From positions 64,001 through 128,000 of IMG/VR virus record IMGVR_UViG_3300014000_000001: a stretch of DNA of 64,000 nt; one strand, given 5' to 3'. The notes beneath the pieces are model-generated. The model did no database searches. It had not been told where the DNA came from and worked only from the letters and a program-made list of their open reading frames with translations. This document shows positions 20,327 to 29,429 of this stretch, in pieces. The position numbers and the translations under genes are program-made. Origin of the DNA: a virus. Taxonomy: Duplodnaviria > Caudoviricetes. Within the stretch, counting starts at the first letter, position 1; the number at the start of each line of letters is the position of its first letter.

Positions 20327-20866
20327 ATGAAAGTTAAAACTCTTTATTTATACGCTTTATTCATCTGGGGAGCTGTCGCAATTGCATTTATCTGTTTGCT
20401 TACAGAAACAGGGTATGCTAAGACGGTAGATACAGGTTGGACACAACAAGGGGTGGGAAGTTATTACGCACATAAATTTAATGGGCGTAAGACCGCATCT
20501 GGGGAACGTTATCGTCATCAAGCATTAACTGCCGCACATCGTACTTTACCTTTTGGTACTAAGATTCAAGTCATGGACAAAAATACGGGCAAAGCTGTAG
20601 TAGTGACTGTTAATGATCGAGGACCTTTTCATAAAGGAAGGATTTTAGATTTATCAGGAAAGGCTGCACGAGAATTAGGGATTACCAAGAAGGGTGTATG
20701 TGATGTAGAGCTTACGGTATTATCCATCCCCATAAAGGGTAACAATAAACTTGATTCATTGCCACCATCATTAAATGATCTTCCTAAAACCAAATCCGTC
20801 TTTAAAGACCGTTCAGATTCCATTGCTAATCTGATCGCGGTAAACTTTGATATTAGTAAACTTTAG
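20327..20866 (+). CDS. rlpA: RlpA-family (DPBB) lytic transglycosylase with N-terminal signal/TM
   Basis: GVGSYY..F.GRKTASGE.Y....LTAAHRTLPFGT...V.VNDRGPF...RILDLS..AA.ELG signature. Confidence 0.92.
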   Translation: MKVKTLYLYALFIWGAVAIAFICLLTETGYAKTVDTGWTQQGVGSYYAHKFNGRKTASGERYRHQALTAAHRTLPFGTKIQVMDKNTGKAVVVTVNDRGPFHKGRILDLSGKAARELGITKKGVCDVELTVLSIPIKGNNKLDSLPPSLNDLPKTKSVFKDRSDSIANLIAVNFDISKL

Positions 20867-20888
20867 TAACAATACAGAGGTTAGAAAT

Positions 20889-21776
20889 ATGTTTCGTGTT
20901 AAATTAGTGGATTCACGTTTTCATGATAATGTAATCATTCAAGAAATTGATGAATTCATTTCAAGCATCCCTAAAGAACAAATTGCTTACGATTTACGTG
21001 CAGAGCAAACTCAATCCATGTTACAGGTGTTTCGTCTACTACATAAACTCTTTAAAGATCGTTTTAAAGAAGAACAAGTTGTGAATGAGATTTACCAGTT
21101 TAAAGCAGGTATAGGTATTGATCCACACTATCATGTGTTTCATTTAAGTGCAGGTAAGAAACTAACCCAACATAATGTAGCGTATTTAAAACCAAGTAAA
21201 GCAACCTCCTTTAACTATCTATTTAAAGATAAGAGCATTACTTTGTTCTTTAGCCCTAAACTCTACCCTTCTGATAATCGCACCTATATCTTTACCCCAC
21301 CTTCGATGTCAATCCGTAACATTGTGCACGGTAATGTGTTATTCAAGCAGATTTGGGCAAAGCGTAAAGTGAACGATACTAAAGCCATTTGGTTGATGCG
21401 ACCAGATGACATTAAATTTACTATCAAGACCTTAGTTGATCAACTATATGTAGATGTTTGTACTTTTCGTGGAACTCCAGCTAGAGAACTAAAAGCTCAC
21501 CAATATGCATACATCACCGAGAACATCCTTAAACGCGCGTTACAGCTATTCTCTTATATTCATGTCTATAACAACGTAGAAGCCAAAGATATTAAGCTAG
21601 TGCGTTTAGATTCGCATCTGCGCGCAGAATACTTCGATGTCACCTACAATGCTTTTAACCGTGATGGCGGAGCACTTGCCTTTGCCGAATGTTTATTACA
21701 GTATATTGGAATTTGGCTTGAATACATGTTCGTTGAGAACTACGGTCATTTGGCCACAACATTAAGAAAGGTATAA
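20889..21776 (+). CDS. Hypothetical protein
   Basis: ACAGAGGT RBS before MFRVKL. Confidence 0.7.
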   Translation: MFRVKLVDSRFHDNVIIQEIDEFISSIPKEQIAYDLRAEQTQSMLQVFRLLHKLFKDRFKEEQVVNEIYQFKAGIGIDPHYHVFHLSAGKKLTQHNVAYLKPSKATSFNYLFKDKSITLFFSPKLYPSDNRTYIFTPPSMSIRNIVHGNVLFKQIWAKRKVNDTKAIWLMRPDDIKFTIKTLVDQLYVDVCTFRGTPARELKAHQYAYITENILKRALQLFSYIHVYNNVEAKDIKLVRLDSHLRAEYFDVTYNAFNRDGGALAFAECLLQYIGIWLEYMFVENYGHLATTLRKV

Positions 21777-21780
21777 GGTT

Positions 21781-22323
21781 ATGACTAAGGTTGCTATATT
21801 GGGCGCTCCAACTGAAATCGGTAGAAGTAGTGCCATGCTTCATGCATTACAGCATGAACAAGCAGTACGTGCTACAGAGATGAAGAAACGTCGTGAGCAG
21901 ATTGGTGCTTTGCTAGAACCTCATTTAAGTTATGAGATTTTAGCTGGGTATGAGAATCTCTCACGTAAAGAGCTTAAGAAGAAAAGCAAAGAGTTTTGCT
22001 TTATTCACATGCAGATTAAAGATCTAGGCTTATCTAGATATGCAAGAACTCATAAAGGGATTAGTAATACCAACGTTGCTAAGATCTCAACTATAATGAG
22101 TTATATTTCGCATTCTAAGCAGTTTTGCGATATGGATATGGAAAAGTGTGATCAAGACTACTTTGACCTTGTACTCTCGATCTACGCAGCATTAAAGGGT
22201 ATTGGTGAGGTAATGACTAAATTCAATATCTCCTTAGCTGTTAAACAAAAGTATGTCTTCATCTCATCAGAGATTGGATTACGACTTTATTCACTTTATA
22301 TTGATCATCGCATGGATATGTGA
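21781..22323 (+). CDS. Hypothetical protein
   Basis: 180 aa; palindromic terminator at 22334-22359. Confidence 0.7.
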   Translation: MTKVAILGAPTEIGRSSAMLHALQHEQAVRATEMKKRREQIGALLEPHLSYEILAGYENLSRKELKKKSKEFCFIHMQIKDLGLSRYARTHKGISNTNVAKISTIMSYISHSKQFCDMDMEKCDQDYFDLVLSIYAALKGIGEVMTKFNISLAVKQKYVFISSEIGLRLYSLYIDHRMDM

Positions 22324-22398
22324 TTATAAATGAAAAGAAGAACCCTAGGGTTCTTCTTTTTTATGCTTTTTATGATTTTAATCTAAGGGGAATCTATT

Positions 22399-22914
22399 AT
22401 GTCTGTTTTATTATCAGAATTAGAATTGAATCGTTCTATCAGTAAAAACTTTAAATATAGTGAAATGTGCTTATCAGGTAAAGCACGTAGTTTAGGAATT
22501 AAGAATATTCCTACCCAGATAGAAGCTAACCATATTAAAGAATTAGTTGAGAATATCTTACAACCATTACGTGATGAGTTAGGCTTAGTGATTAAGGTTA
22601 ATTCAGGTTTTCGTAATCAGAAGGTTAATGCTTTAGTAGGTGGGGTTAAGAACTCAGCTCATCTATCAGGTTATGCAGCTGATATTCATTGTCCTGGTTA
22701 TAAGGGTGGTTCTATTAAGGAGTTATGTCTTTATATTGAACAGTTCTTAAAGAGTAAGGGTATTAAGTTTGATCAATTGATCTATGAGTATGGAGATAAG
22801 AATATCCCTACTAAAGGATGGGTTCATATTGGGATACGTGATCTAGGTGGTTATCAACGTAATGAAGTGATTACCATTAATAAGAAAGGTAAATTTAATG
22901 GTATTGTTGATTAA
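22399..22914 (+). CDS. Peptidase M15A family zinc peptidase (putative endolysin)
   Basis: LQPLRD...NSGFR...N..VGG..NSAH..G.AADI...WVHIG motifs. Confidence 0.9.
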   Translation: MSVLLSELELNRSISKNFKYSEMCLSGKARSLGIKNIPTQIEANHIKELVENILQPLRDELGLVIKVNSGFRNQKVNALVGGVKNSAHLSGYAADIHCPGYKGGSIKELCLYIEQFLKSKGIKFDQLIYEYGDKNIPTKGWVHIGIRDLGGYQRNEVITINKKGKFNGIVD

Positions 22915-22923
22915 GGAGTAGTT

Positions 22924-23055
22924 ATGAGTACATGGATGTTAGTGTTGCTAGTTATCGTTGGTTTAGTGTTGTTATGGTTAGGTATATTGTTTAGTTGTAT
23001 AGGATGGTATATCTATCGTAATGGTATTATTGTTTCTCCTAATTGTATTAAGTGA
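22924..23055 (+). CDS. Small single-TM protein (43 aa), absent from the ORF track
   Basis: TAAGGAG RBS; MSTWMLVLLVIVGLVLLWLGILFSCIGWYIYRNGIIVSPNCIK; terminator at 23063-23090. Confidence 0.7.
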   Translation: MSTWMLVLLVIVGLVLLWLGILFSCIGWYIYRNGIIVSPNCIK

Positions 23056-23186
23056 GTAAATGAATAGAGATAGCTTAAGCTATCTCTATTTTGTTATTAT
23101 GGTAATTTAATATTGAAGTTGACTATATTATATGTTGGGAATATTAGTTGGTTATTTAGTATTTCCAATGGGGAACATATCTCTCT

Positions 23187-23560
23187 ATATATAACGAATG
23201 AAATGAGTTATATATGCCTACAGTGGTTAGAGAAGAGCATAGCTATGAACGATAGTGAATAGGTAAATGCGATGAACTAACATGTAGAATGAGCTTACGT
23301 TACTACGTAATGAAATGGAGTAGGAATTAGTAAGCGATAGAGCATGAGCGGAGCGAATACCTTAGTCTGTAATAGATACTAACATAAGAGAATTATAACA
23401 TAAGAGCGCAGCTCTTATATATATTATATTTCATACAATAGGCAAATAATTAAAATAATAATTAAAGAGAATAAAGATTAAGAGAATGAGTACGTAAGTA
23501 AACTCATTCTTAAGTTAAGATATAGGGATAATGAATGATCCCTTTAGGAAGATCATTCTA
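23187..23560 (+). other. Non-coding cluster of hairpins with GA-NN-GNA-NN-GA apices (origin/primosome-site-like)
   Basis: No ORF; at least six stem-loops, three capped by the recurring apex plus a fourth copy of the motif. Confidence 0.5.
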
Positions 23561-23574
23561 GATAGATTAAATAA

Positions 23575-23604
23575 CTTAGGAGAAGGGGAAACCTTTCTCC
23601 TAAG
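23575..23604. terminator. Hairpin/terminator
   Basis: CTTAGGAGAAGGG-GAAA-CCTTTCTCCTAAG. Confidence 0.7.
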
Positions 23605-23638
23605 AATATATGCTGTTTTATGAAATTAATTTTATTTT

Positions 23639-23659
23639 AGATATATATTATCTAAGAGA
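23639..23659 (+). promoter_or_regulatory. Putative early promoter
   Basis: AGATATATATTATCTAAGAGA. Confidence 0.7.
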
Positions 23660-23697
23660 AGATAGTTGTTAAACTTAATGTTAGATTACAGAGGTAA

Positions 23698-25917
23698 ATG
23701 AAAATGATTACACATTTTAACCATACACTTGAAAAAGCAGAAATATGGAGTGTATTAGTGGGTAAGAACTATGCTGGACTAAAAGCATTGTTTCTTAAAA
23801 ACACTGATTTGATTACTGATATTCATCGTAACTTTAATGAAAGCTTTAAGCGAATGAAGATCAGTCAATTACAATATGATCGATTGACGTTAAACTTAGA
23901 AGATCCTATAGATGCTGATCGTTTATGTAACTTCTTTAAACGTTTTACTGAAGGACCAAATAAGTTTAACCCTAAGCTGAAATGGATTAGGAAAACCAAT
24001 CAAATTAAGATTAGTGTAGATATTGAGGAAGACTACTATGAGCGTCAGCGGGTGAATTGGTGGGCGATCCTCTTTTATATCCGCTATATTGAATATCATC
24101 AAACATTCATTGATGAACTTGGACGATCTTCATCAGAAGCTTCAAAGTCGTTATTGATTGACATTCGAGCTGCAAGTAAGGGTGGTCGCTTTTTAATAAG
24201 TTATGAGGGTCAGGTGTCAGAACAAGAGTTTGATTGGATCATGGGTTATGTGAAAACTTATGGGATGGACTCTCAAATATATGCAAGCCAGATAGGGGCT
24301 AAGATTAAGAAGGAAGAGGGCCCTGAATTCATACTATGGAGTAGTGGGCGTCGATGTCGTACGCGTGTTACATGTGATGAACCTGATGTTTACGCATATT
24401 ACCAAGATATGCGTGAAGTACTTAGTATCATCTGTCGAGGGGAGTATTATAGTATCCATGGATTGGTGAACTCCCCAGCCAGGATATTATTACAAGGATT
24501 TTGTTTATTGGAGAAAAGCATTAATTCGATTTCTTATTCTCCAGATGAAGATATGGTATATCTTCGAATGAAGGAAGAGAAGCTTGCTGAAGGGATAGAG
24601 TTGATCACTACTTTTAGAGATGCGTTAGGGTTACCTTCCTTAAAGTTCGACAATGAAGAAGGGATCTTGAGTATTTCGATATCGAAAGGATCTAGTTTTA
24701 ATTACAACCATCAAATATTTAACTTAACCGTATTGCATTTATTTGCATGGTGGTTATCAATTAAAAGATCTTCAGTACCGGAAGCTTTATTCCCTATAGA
24801 GCACCCTAAACCAAGAGTATCTCGCCCAGATCTAGCTCTTGGACAACACCACACATCAAACACAGAGGTAAGTAAAATGAATTGTAATGACAAAAAACCA
24901 TTGAATGAAATTGTGATAGCATGTTTAAATGGATTGTTCTCACTAAGAGTACCACGTCGAGGGTCTCCCCTTTTAGGTGATTTAAAATCAGATTTCGATG
25001 AATTAAGACAAATGATGACATTTATCCCACCAACACCAGGGTATAGCAACATCATTGATTTGTGTAATAAGATTGAAATCGGTGAGGGTTCTGGTAAGAA
25101 TCTAATGATTGATTTTTACCCGATAGGTTTTACTAAAGATCTATTAGATAAAATTTACAAATTAATATTCGTGGAATCTGGGAAGATCGACCAAAGAGAG
25201 TTAGAGGGGGTTTTTAACTTAAGTCAATCTGTTCGACATGGGTTAGATGTAGTTAGCTTGAAAATTAATATGGGTTATATCAACTTTAAGCAAACTATCA
25301 TTGAAACAAACTTAATGATCATGTTTATTGTCATGGTTTATGATTCATATTCGAGTCGTGATCAACAACGCTCAACAAGTAGACCATTTTGGGCAGATCA
25401 ACCTAGTACTGATTCACGATACTATGATCGAGCGAGACCTTCTCGTGTTGAACGTTCTGGAGTGCGTACCGACATGGCACCTATTCGTGAGTTTGATCAA
25501 GATGCAATAGAGCTAATCACGCACCGTGCTCGCAAAATTGATATCGCGATCAAAGCCCTAATTCAGGTACTGCATGTTGAATCATTCAATAGCAATTCAG
25601 TTTCAGATGATGTTAACGATATCGTTTATGGAATTGATAACTTGTTTGAATATTTCCAACCCTATGTTGGATTCAGACGTTCATCTGAATATCCAAATGT
25701 TAAACATCGAACCTCTTTGACCGATTATATCTCGTATTGGTCACGGGTGGCAGCTAAAATCACCCAGATCATTGATCCAACGTCTAATAATCAACCAGAT
25801 GTATTTAATCTTGTCGAAATTGAGAAATGGATATTCCTCAAAGAGTTAGATATGTATGTTCACGTTATTTCATGTTTTAATGAAATTGAATCCAATGAGG
25901 AACCAAAAGATGCATGA
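23698..25917 (+). CDS. Large hypothetical early protein with an internal in-frame start
   Basis: 739 aa; ACAGAGGT RBS at the 5' end and again before ATG 24877. Confidence 0.75.
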   Translation: MKMITHFNHTLEKAEIWSVLVGKNYAGLKALFLKNTDLITDIHRNFNESFKRMKISQLQYDRLTLNLEDPIDADRLCNFFKRFTEGPNKFNPKLKWIRKTNQIKISVDIEEDYYERQRVNWWAILFYIRYIEYHQTFIDELGRSSSEASKSLLIDIRAASKGGRFLISYEGQVSEQEFDWIMGYVKTYGMDSQIYASQIGAKIKKEEGPEFILWSSGRRCRTRVTCDEPDVYAYYQDMREVLSIICRGEYYSIHGLVNSPARILLQGFCLLEKSINSISYSPDEDMVYLRMKEEKLAEGIELITTFRDALGLPSLKFDNEEGILSISISKGSSFNYNHQIFNLTVLHLFAWWLSIKRSSVPEALFPIEHPKPRVSRPDLALGQHHTSNTEVSKMNCNDKKPLNEIVIACLNGLFSLRVPRRGSPLLGDLKSDFDELRQMMTFIPPTPGYSNIIDLCNKIEIGEGSGKNLMIDFYPIGFTKDLLDKIYKLIFVESGKIDQRELEGVFNLSQSVRHGLDVVSLKINMGYINFKQTIIETNLMIMFIVMVYDSYSSRDQQRSTSRPFWADQPSTDSRYYDRARPSRVERSGVRTDMAPIREFDQDAIELITHRARKIDIAIKALIQVLHVESFNSNSVSDDVNDIVYGIDNLFEYFQPYVGFRRSSEYPNVKHRTSLTDYISYWSRVAAKITQIIDPTSNNQPDVFNLVEIEKWIFLKELDMYVHVISCFNEIESNEEPKDA

Positions 25918-26146
25918 TTACTTTGTGTGGTTATTCAGTGTTGTAATAACCTTTGGATTGGGTGCGTTCATAGCGTACCATTTCACCTCTAAAGCTTTAA
26001 ACTCGCAACTTAAAGCGTTGCAAGATAAACATGATATATTGGCGGTGAATCATGAGCGTCTCGCTGATCGAGCTCGAATGCAATTTGAGCAAGATCAAAA
26101 AACCATTAACTTACTTAAATCAACTGAACGTAAGCGTGTTGAATAA
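25910..26146 (+). CDS. Small protein, N-terminal TM plus coiled coil
   Basis: GAGGA RBS before MHDYF; terminator at 26157-26186. Confidence 0.65.
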   Translation: MHDYFVWLFSVVITFGLGAFIAYHFTSKALNSQLKALQDKHDILAVNHERLADRARMQFEQDQKTINLLKSTERKRVE

Positions 26147-26287
26147 GCAGCATAAATAAGGGAGGAGTCCTAGGACTCCTCCCTTAAGTTATTTGTGTCA
26201 ATGTAGGTGACACAAATAAAGATGAATGAGCAGTAACTCATTCATCTTCGATGAGATCTCTCTCCTACACTCGATCTGGAGAAGAGC

Positions 26288-26395
26288 ATGAAGGCAAACA
26301 AAGATATTCTTTGGCAAATCAGTATCGTCACGGCAATTGCTAAACTGATCTATTTGTCCATTAAAATCCTTATTTTAATTCATTCATTACTCTAA
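26288..26395 (+). CDS. 35-aa hydrophobic peptide (type I toxin-like), absent from the ORF track
   Basis: GGAG RBS; MKANKDILWQISIVTAIAKLIYLSIKILILIHSLL; enclosed by 12-bp inverted repeat 26251-26262/26460-26471. Confidence 0.5.
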   Translation: MKANKDILWQISIVTAIAKLIYLSIKILILIHSLL

Positions 26396-26513
26396 TCGAT
26401 TTGTAGATTTGTTAAGCTTTATATGCTCTAAAAATATAAACCGACATTTATCAACAATGGAGAGATCTCATATTATATCCCTTATTTATAATTTATCATA
26501 GAGGTGTGAAAAT

Positions 26514-26636
26514 ATGTTAAATTTAATTATCTTCTTTGCAATACTCTATGCAGTTTATCGCTTAGGTTATCGTAGTGGACTTAAAGCTGGAATGAATCGA
26601 GTGGGTCCCTCTGATTATCGTAAACGAATTGATTGA
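26514..26636 (+). CDS. Small membrane-anchored protein (40 aa), absent from the ORF track
   Basis: AGAGGTG RBS; MLNLIIFFAILYAVYRLGYRSG... Confidence 0.65.
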   Translation: MLNLIIFFAILYAVYRLGYRSGLKAGMNRVGPSDYRKRID

Positions 26637-26919
26637 TGGATGTAAATAAACATATCAATTAATATTTATATAGCGTTTAGTGAATTGTGTAAGCAAAACG
26701 CCCATTAACCAAAACTCATTTAGGAGAAAGACCATGATTACAATGACTTAATATTTTAGTAAGTGTTTTTAAATTAATTGATGTTTCCCATTAACCCATT
26801 TTAATGAATGCAAAGATTAGCTTACTAACGCTGAACTAGAAGTAAAAAACATAGAAGATGGATAGGCCTCGCAACCTATCCATCTTAATTTATGTTGGTT
26901 TCTTTTTTGGAGAGATGAT

Positions 26920-27204
26920 GTGGATATTGATAATGATTGGGGCAAATTGGAAACAGCTCTAGAGTCATCTAATGATGAACATAACAAACTCATAAGTCAA
27001 TTAGACCGTTTAACCCCTGAACAAATCAAAACAGTTATTCTAAAACAACACCAGTTACTTGAACATTTTCAAAAATTATGTTTGTTAAACAGTACACGTA
27101 TCGTTCTTTCAGATGGAACTGACGTTAATGCTACAAAATACACATCTCTTTGGAAAGAGTTGGAGCAAACATTAAAAGAAATCGTATCAAGTAACAAAAT
27201 ATAG
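26920..27204 (+). CDS. Hypothetical helical protein
   Basis: 94 aa, GGAG RBS, GTG start. Confidence 0.6.
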   Translation: MDIDNDWGKLETALESSNDEHNKLISQLDRLTPEQIKTVILKQHQLLEHFQKLCLLNSTRIVLSDGTDVNATKYTSLWKELEQTLKEIVSSNKI

Positions 27205-27234
27205 CATTTGCTTATTTATTAGGAGGAAATGCTC

Positions 27235-27387
27235 ATGCAAGGTAATACCCGCAAACCCAACCCAAAGTTGTTTAAAGATAGCAAAGAAGATAAAGCCTTC
27301 AAACGACGCTATGGTTTAAACAATATCTTTCAAACGGTAGGTTATTTTGACCACCGTGATATTCAGAAGTTAGTTGCGCAAGGATAG
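27235..27387 (+). CDS. Small basic protein (50 aa), absent from the ORF track
   Basis: AGGAGG RBS; MQGNTRKPNPKLFKDSKEDKAFKRRYG... Confidence 0.6.
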   Translation: MQGNTRKPNPKLFKDSKEDKAFKRRYGLNNIFQTVGYFDHRDIQKLVAQG

Positions 27388-27427
27388 GGTTAAACCCTAT
27401 CCTTGTTCTTTGCATGTAAATATTTTC

Positions 27428-27448
27428 AAATATATATTATCTAACCGA
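27428..27448 (+). promoter_or_regulatory. Putative early promoter
   Basis: AAATATATATTATCTAACCGA. Confidence 0.65.
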
Positions 27449-27484
27449 ATTAACTTAATCATTTCACAACACAGAGGTTTTAAA

Positions 27485-28258
27485 ATGGACATCAGCGTAT
27501 TAATCCCATACTTATCAGCAATCGTTAATGAAGATGAACAATACTTCGAAGATCCTGACAATCTAAAAGATGTTCAATATCTTTTAAGACAACCCTTGGA
27601 TGAATGGGATGTTCTGGCAGTCGATCCAGTAGTAATCACAGAGTTGTTTGAACTATCAGCATTGATTCAAAACATCAGTGAAATCCTAACGGATACCATC
27701 ACCACCAATAAGTTTATTAGTGAGTTTTATACGCCTTATTTTAGTTTCACCTTCTTTGATGCTGATCCAATGGCATCACTTTCTGTTGCAGGTTGGATCA
27801 ATTACAATTTTGCTCGTCAAATGGATGAGCAAGATGGTCATCAGCCATCTCAATCTTTTCATGGTATTCATGATTTCATTCATGAACTTGTTGAAGCATC
27901 TCCTACTCGAGATGAATCATTACCTGAAAACATTGAAAGTCGTATTGCTGAGATGACTGAGCAAAGTGATGATGAGGCTTTAGAAGAATACTTCTTCACC
28001 GAATTGAATGATCAATGTTATACTTTATCTAAACTACTTAACATCCATGGAACTCTACTCATTCAAACTGTAGAGTTTGGAACAACAGGCGCGATTACTG
28101 AAGATGTTGTGGTTGATATTGTTGATCGTTTAAATGATTTAGTGAACAATATTCGCTCATCTTTCAAAGACGGTGAACAAGATTACCATGCGGTTACAAT
28201 CTTAGATAATAGCGTTGCTCGTCTACGTGATTATATTAATGATCTATTGGAATCTTAA
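27485..28258 (+). CDS. Highly acidic hypothetical early protein
   Basis: ACAGAGGT RBS before MDISVL. Confidence 0.75.
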   Translation: MDISVLIPYLSAIVNEDEQYFEDPDNLKDVQYLLRQPLDEWDVLAVDPVVITELFELSALIQNISEILTDTITTNKFISEFYTPYFSFTFFDADPMASLSVAGWINYNFARQMDEQDGHQPSQSFHGIHDFIHELVEASPTRDESLPENIESRIAEMTEQSDDEALEEYFFTELNDQCYTLSKLLNIHGTLLIQTVEFGTTGAITEDVVVDIVDRLNDLVNNIRSSFKDGEQDYHAVTILDNSVARLRDYINDLLES

Positions 28259-28323
28259 AAGGTAAATTATTTGACCGAGGTGCTACAGCACCTCTTCTTT
28301 TTGCATTCTTAGGATGAAGTAAA

Positions 28324-29364
28324 ATGGCCGATAAAACTTTTAATGAACAACCAATGATTACCGTGATTTCTGATTCTTTAGATCCGCGTGTAAAACGTCA
28401 ATTAAGTGCGCAATTGCAATCAACCATGTTATCTGTATCTGAATTAAACGCAGAGCTAGATAACCAAAAAGCAATGGAAGATATTAAAGCGCAAAAAGAT
28501 GCCGTGAAAGACCAGACGGAGTTCGATGATGACAACACCGAAGACAAATCTAACCCAACCGCAATCGAAAACAACCCAGATGCAGGCACAGCAAATTCGG
28601 AGCAAACTGGATCGAATGACAATGCAGGACAAAATCCTTCTAACGAAGAGTCTGAAGATGTTTTTTCAGACAATTCAAACGATGGGTTCGACAATTCAAG
28701 CAATGGCAATTCAGATGCGGGAGCAGTTCAGCAACCTCAAGATCAACAAAATAACCAACAGCAATCTCCTCCCGCTACTGATAATGGTCAAGACCAAGGA
28801 CAGCAGAATTCCCAAGGTGATGCTAACAATCAACAAAATGCTGGACAACAGCCCAACGGACAAGCGCAAACTCCACCGCCTCAAAACCAAAATAACCAAA
28901 CTCCAGCAGCTCAGCCAACAGCCCAAACTAACCAGCAAAATGGACAACAGGCTCAAGAAGCTGATGGAAACGGAGATAATGGCGATGGAGGAGAAGATCC
29001 ATTTAATGATGACAATGTAAACTTTGAAGCGTTTGCAGGAATTCTTGGATTTAGTTACAAATCTGAATCAGCGGCTCAAACTGAAGATTCCGATCTTCCT
29101 CCGATTAAAACCGTGGTTTATGTTAAAGCTGGGGATCAGGGGGTGGATAACCGCACCTCAGCAATTGTTGCTACGATTGAAGATCCTGAAAATACAGTGG
29201 TGATTTTAGACCAATCTGAAGTTGCTGAAGTAGAAGCAAAACTACAATTCAAAGCATTGACTAAACAATTGCAATCACGTGGCATTATGGTATGTGAATC
29301 AATCGATCAAGCGGTTGAATATCTAAACCAAGTCTATGATGAAGTATCGGGTAAAGCTGAGTAA
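28324..29364 (+). CDS. Protein with a long Q/N/D-rich low-complexity linker and a folded C-terminal domain
   Basis: 346 aa; central region is Q/N/G/D-rich. Confidence 0.75.
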   Translation: MADKTFNEQPMITVISDSLDPRVKRQLSAQLQSTMLSVSELNAELDNQKAMEDIKAQKDAVKDQTEFDDDNTEDKSNPTAIENNPDAGTANSEQTGSNDNAGQNPSNEESEDVFSDNSNDGFDNSSNGNSDAGAVQQPQDQQNNQQQSPPATDNGQDQGQQNSQGDANNQQNAGQQPNGQAQTPPPQNQNNQTPAAQPTAQTNQQNGQQAQEADGNGDNGDGGEDPFNDDNVNFEAFAGILGFSYKSESAAQTEDSDLPPIKTVVYVKAGDQGVDNRTSAIVATIEDPENTVVILDQSEVAEVEAKLQFKALTKQLQSRGIMVCESIDQAVEYLNQVYDEVSGKAE

Positions 29365-29429
29365 TTTTTACAGCATTGGGGATTAGATGAAACTAATCCC
29401 CTTTTAACAACATTCCGATAGGAAGAAAC

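Noticed and set aside
28398-29020. Alternative-frame and antisense ORFs within the Q/N-rich gene
   Set aside because: Artefacts of low-complexity codon usage
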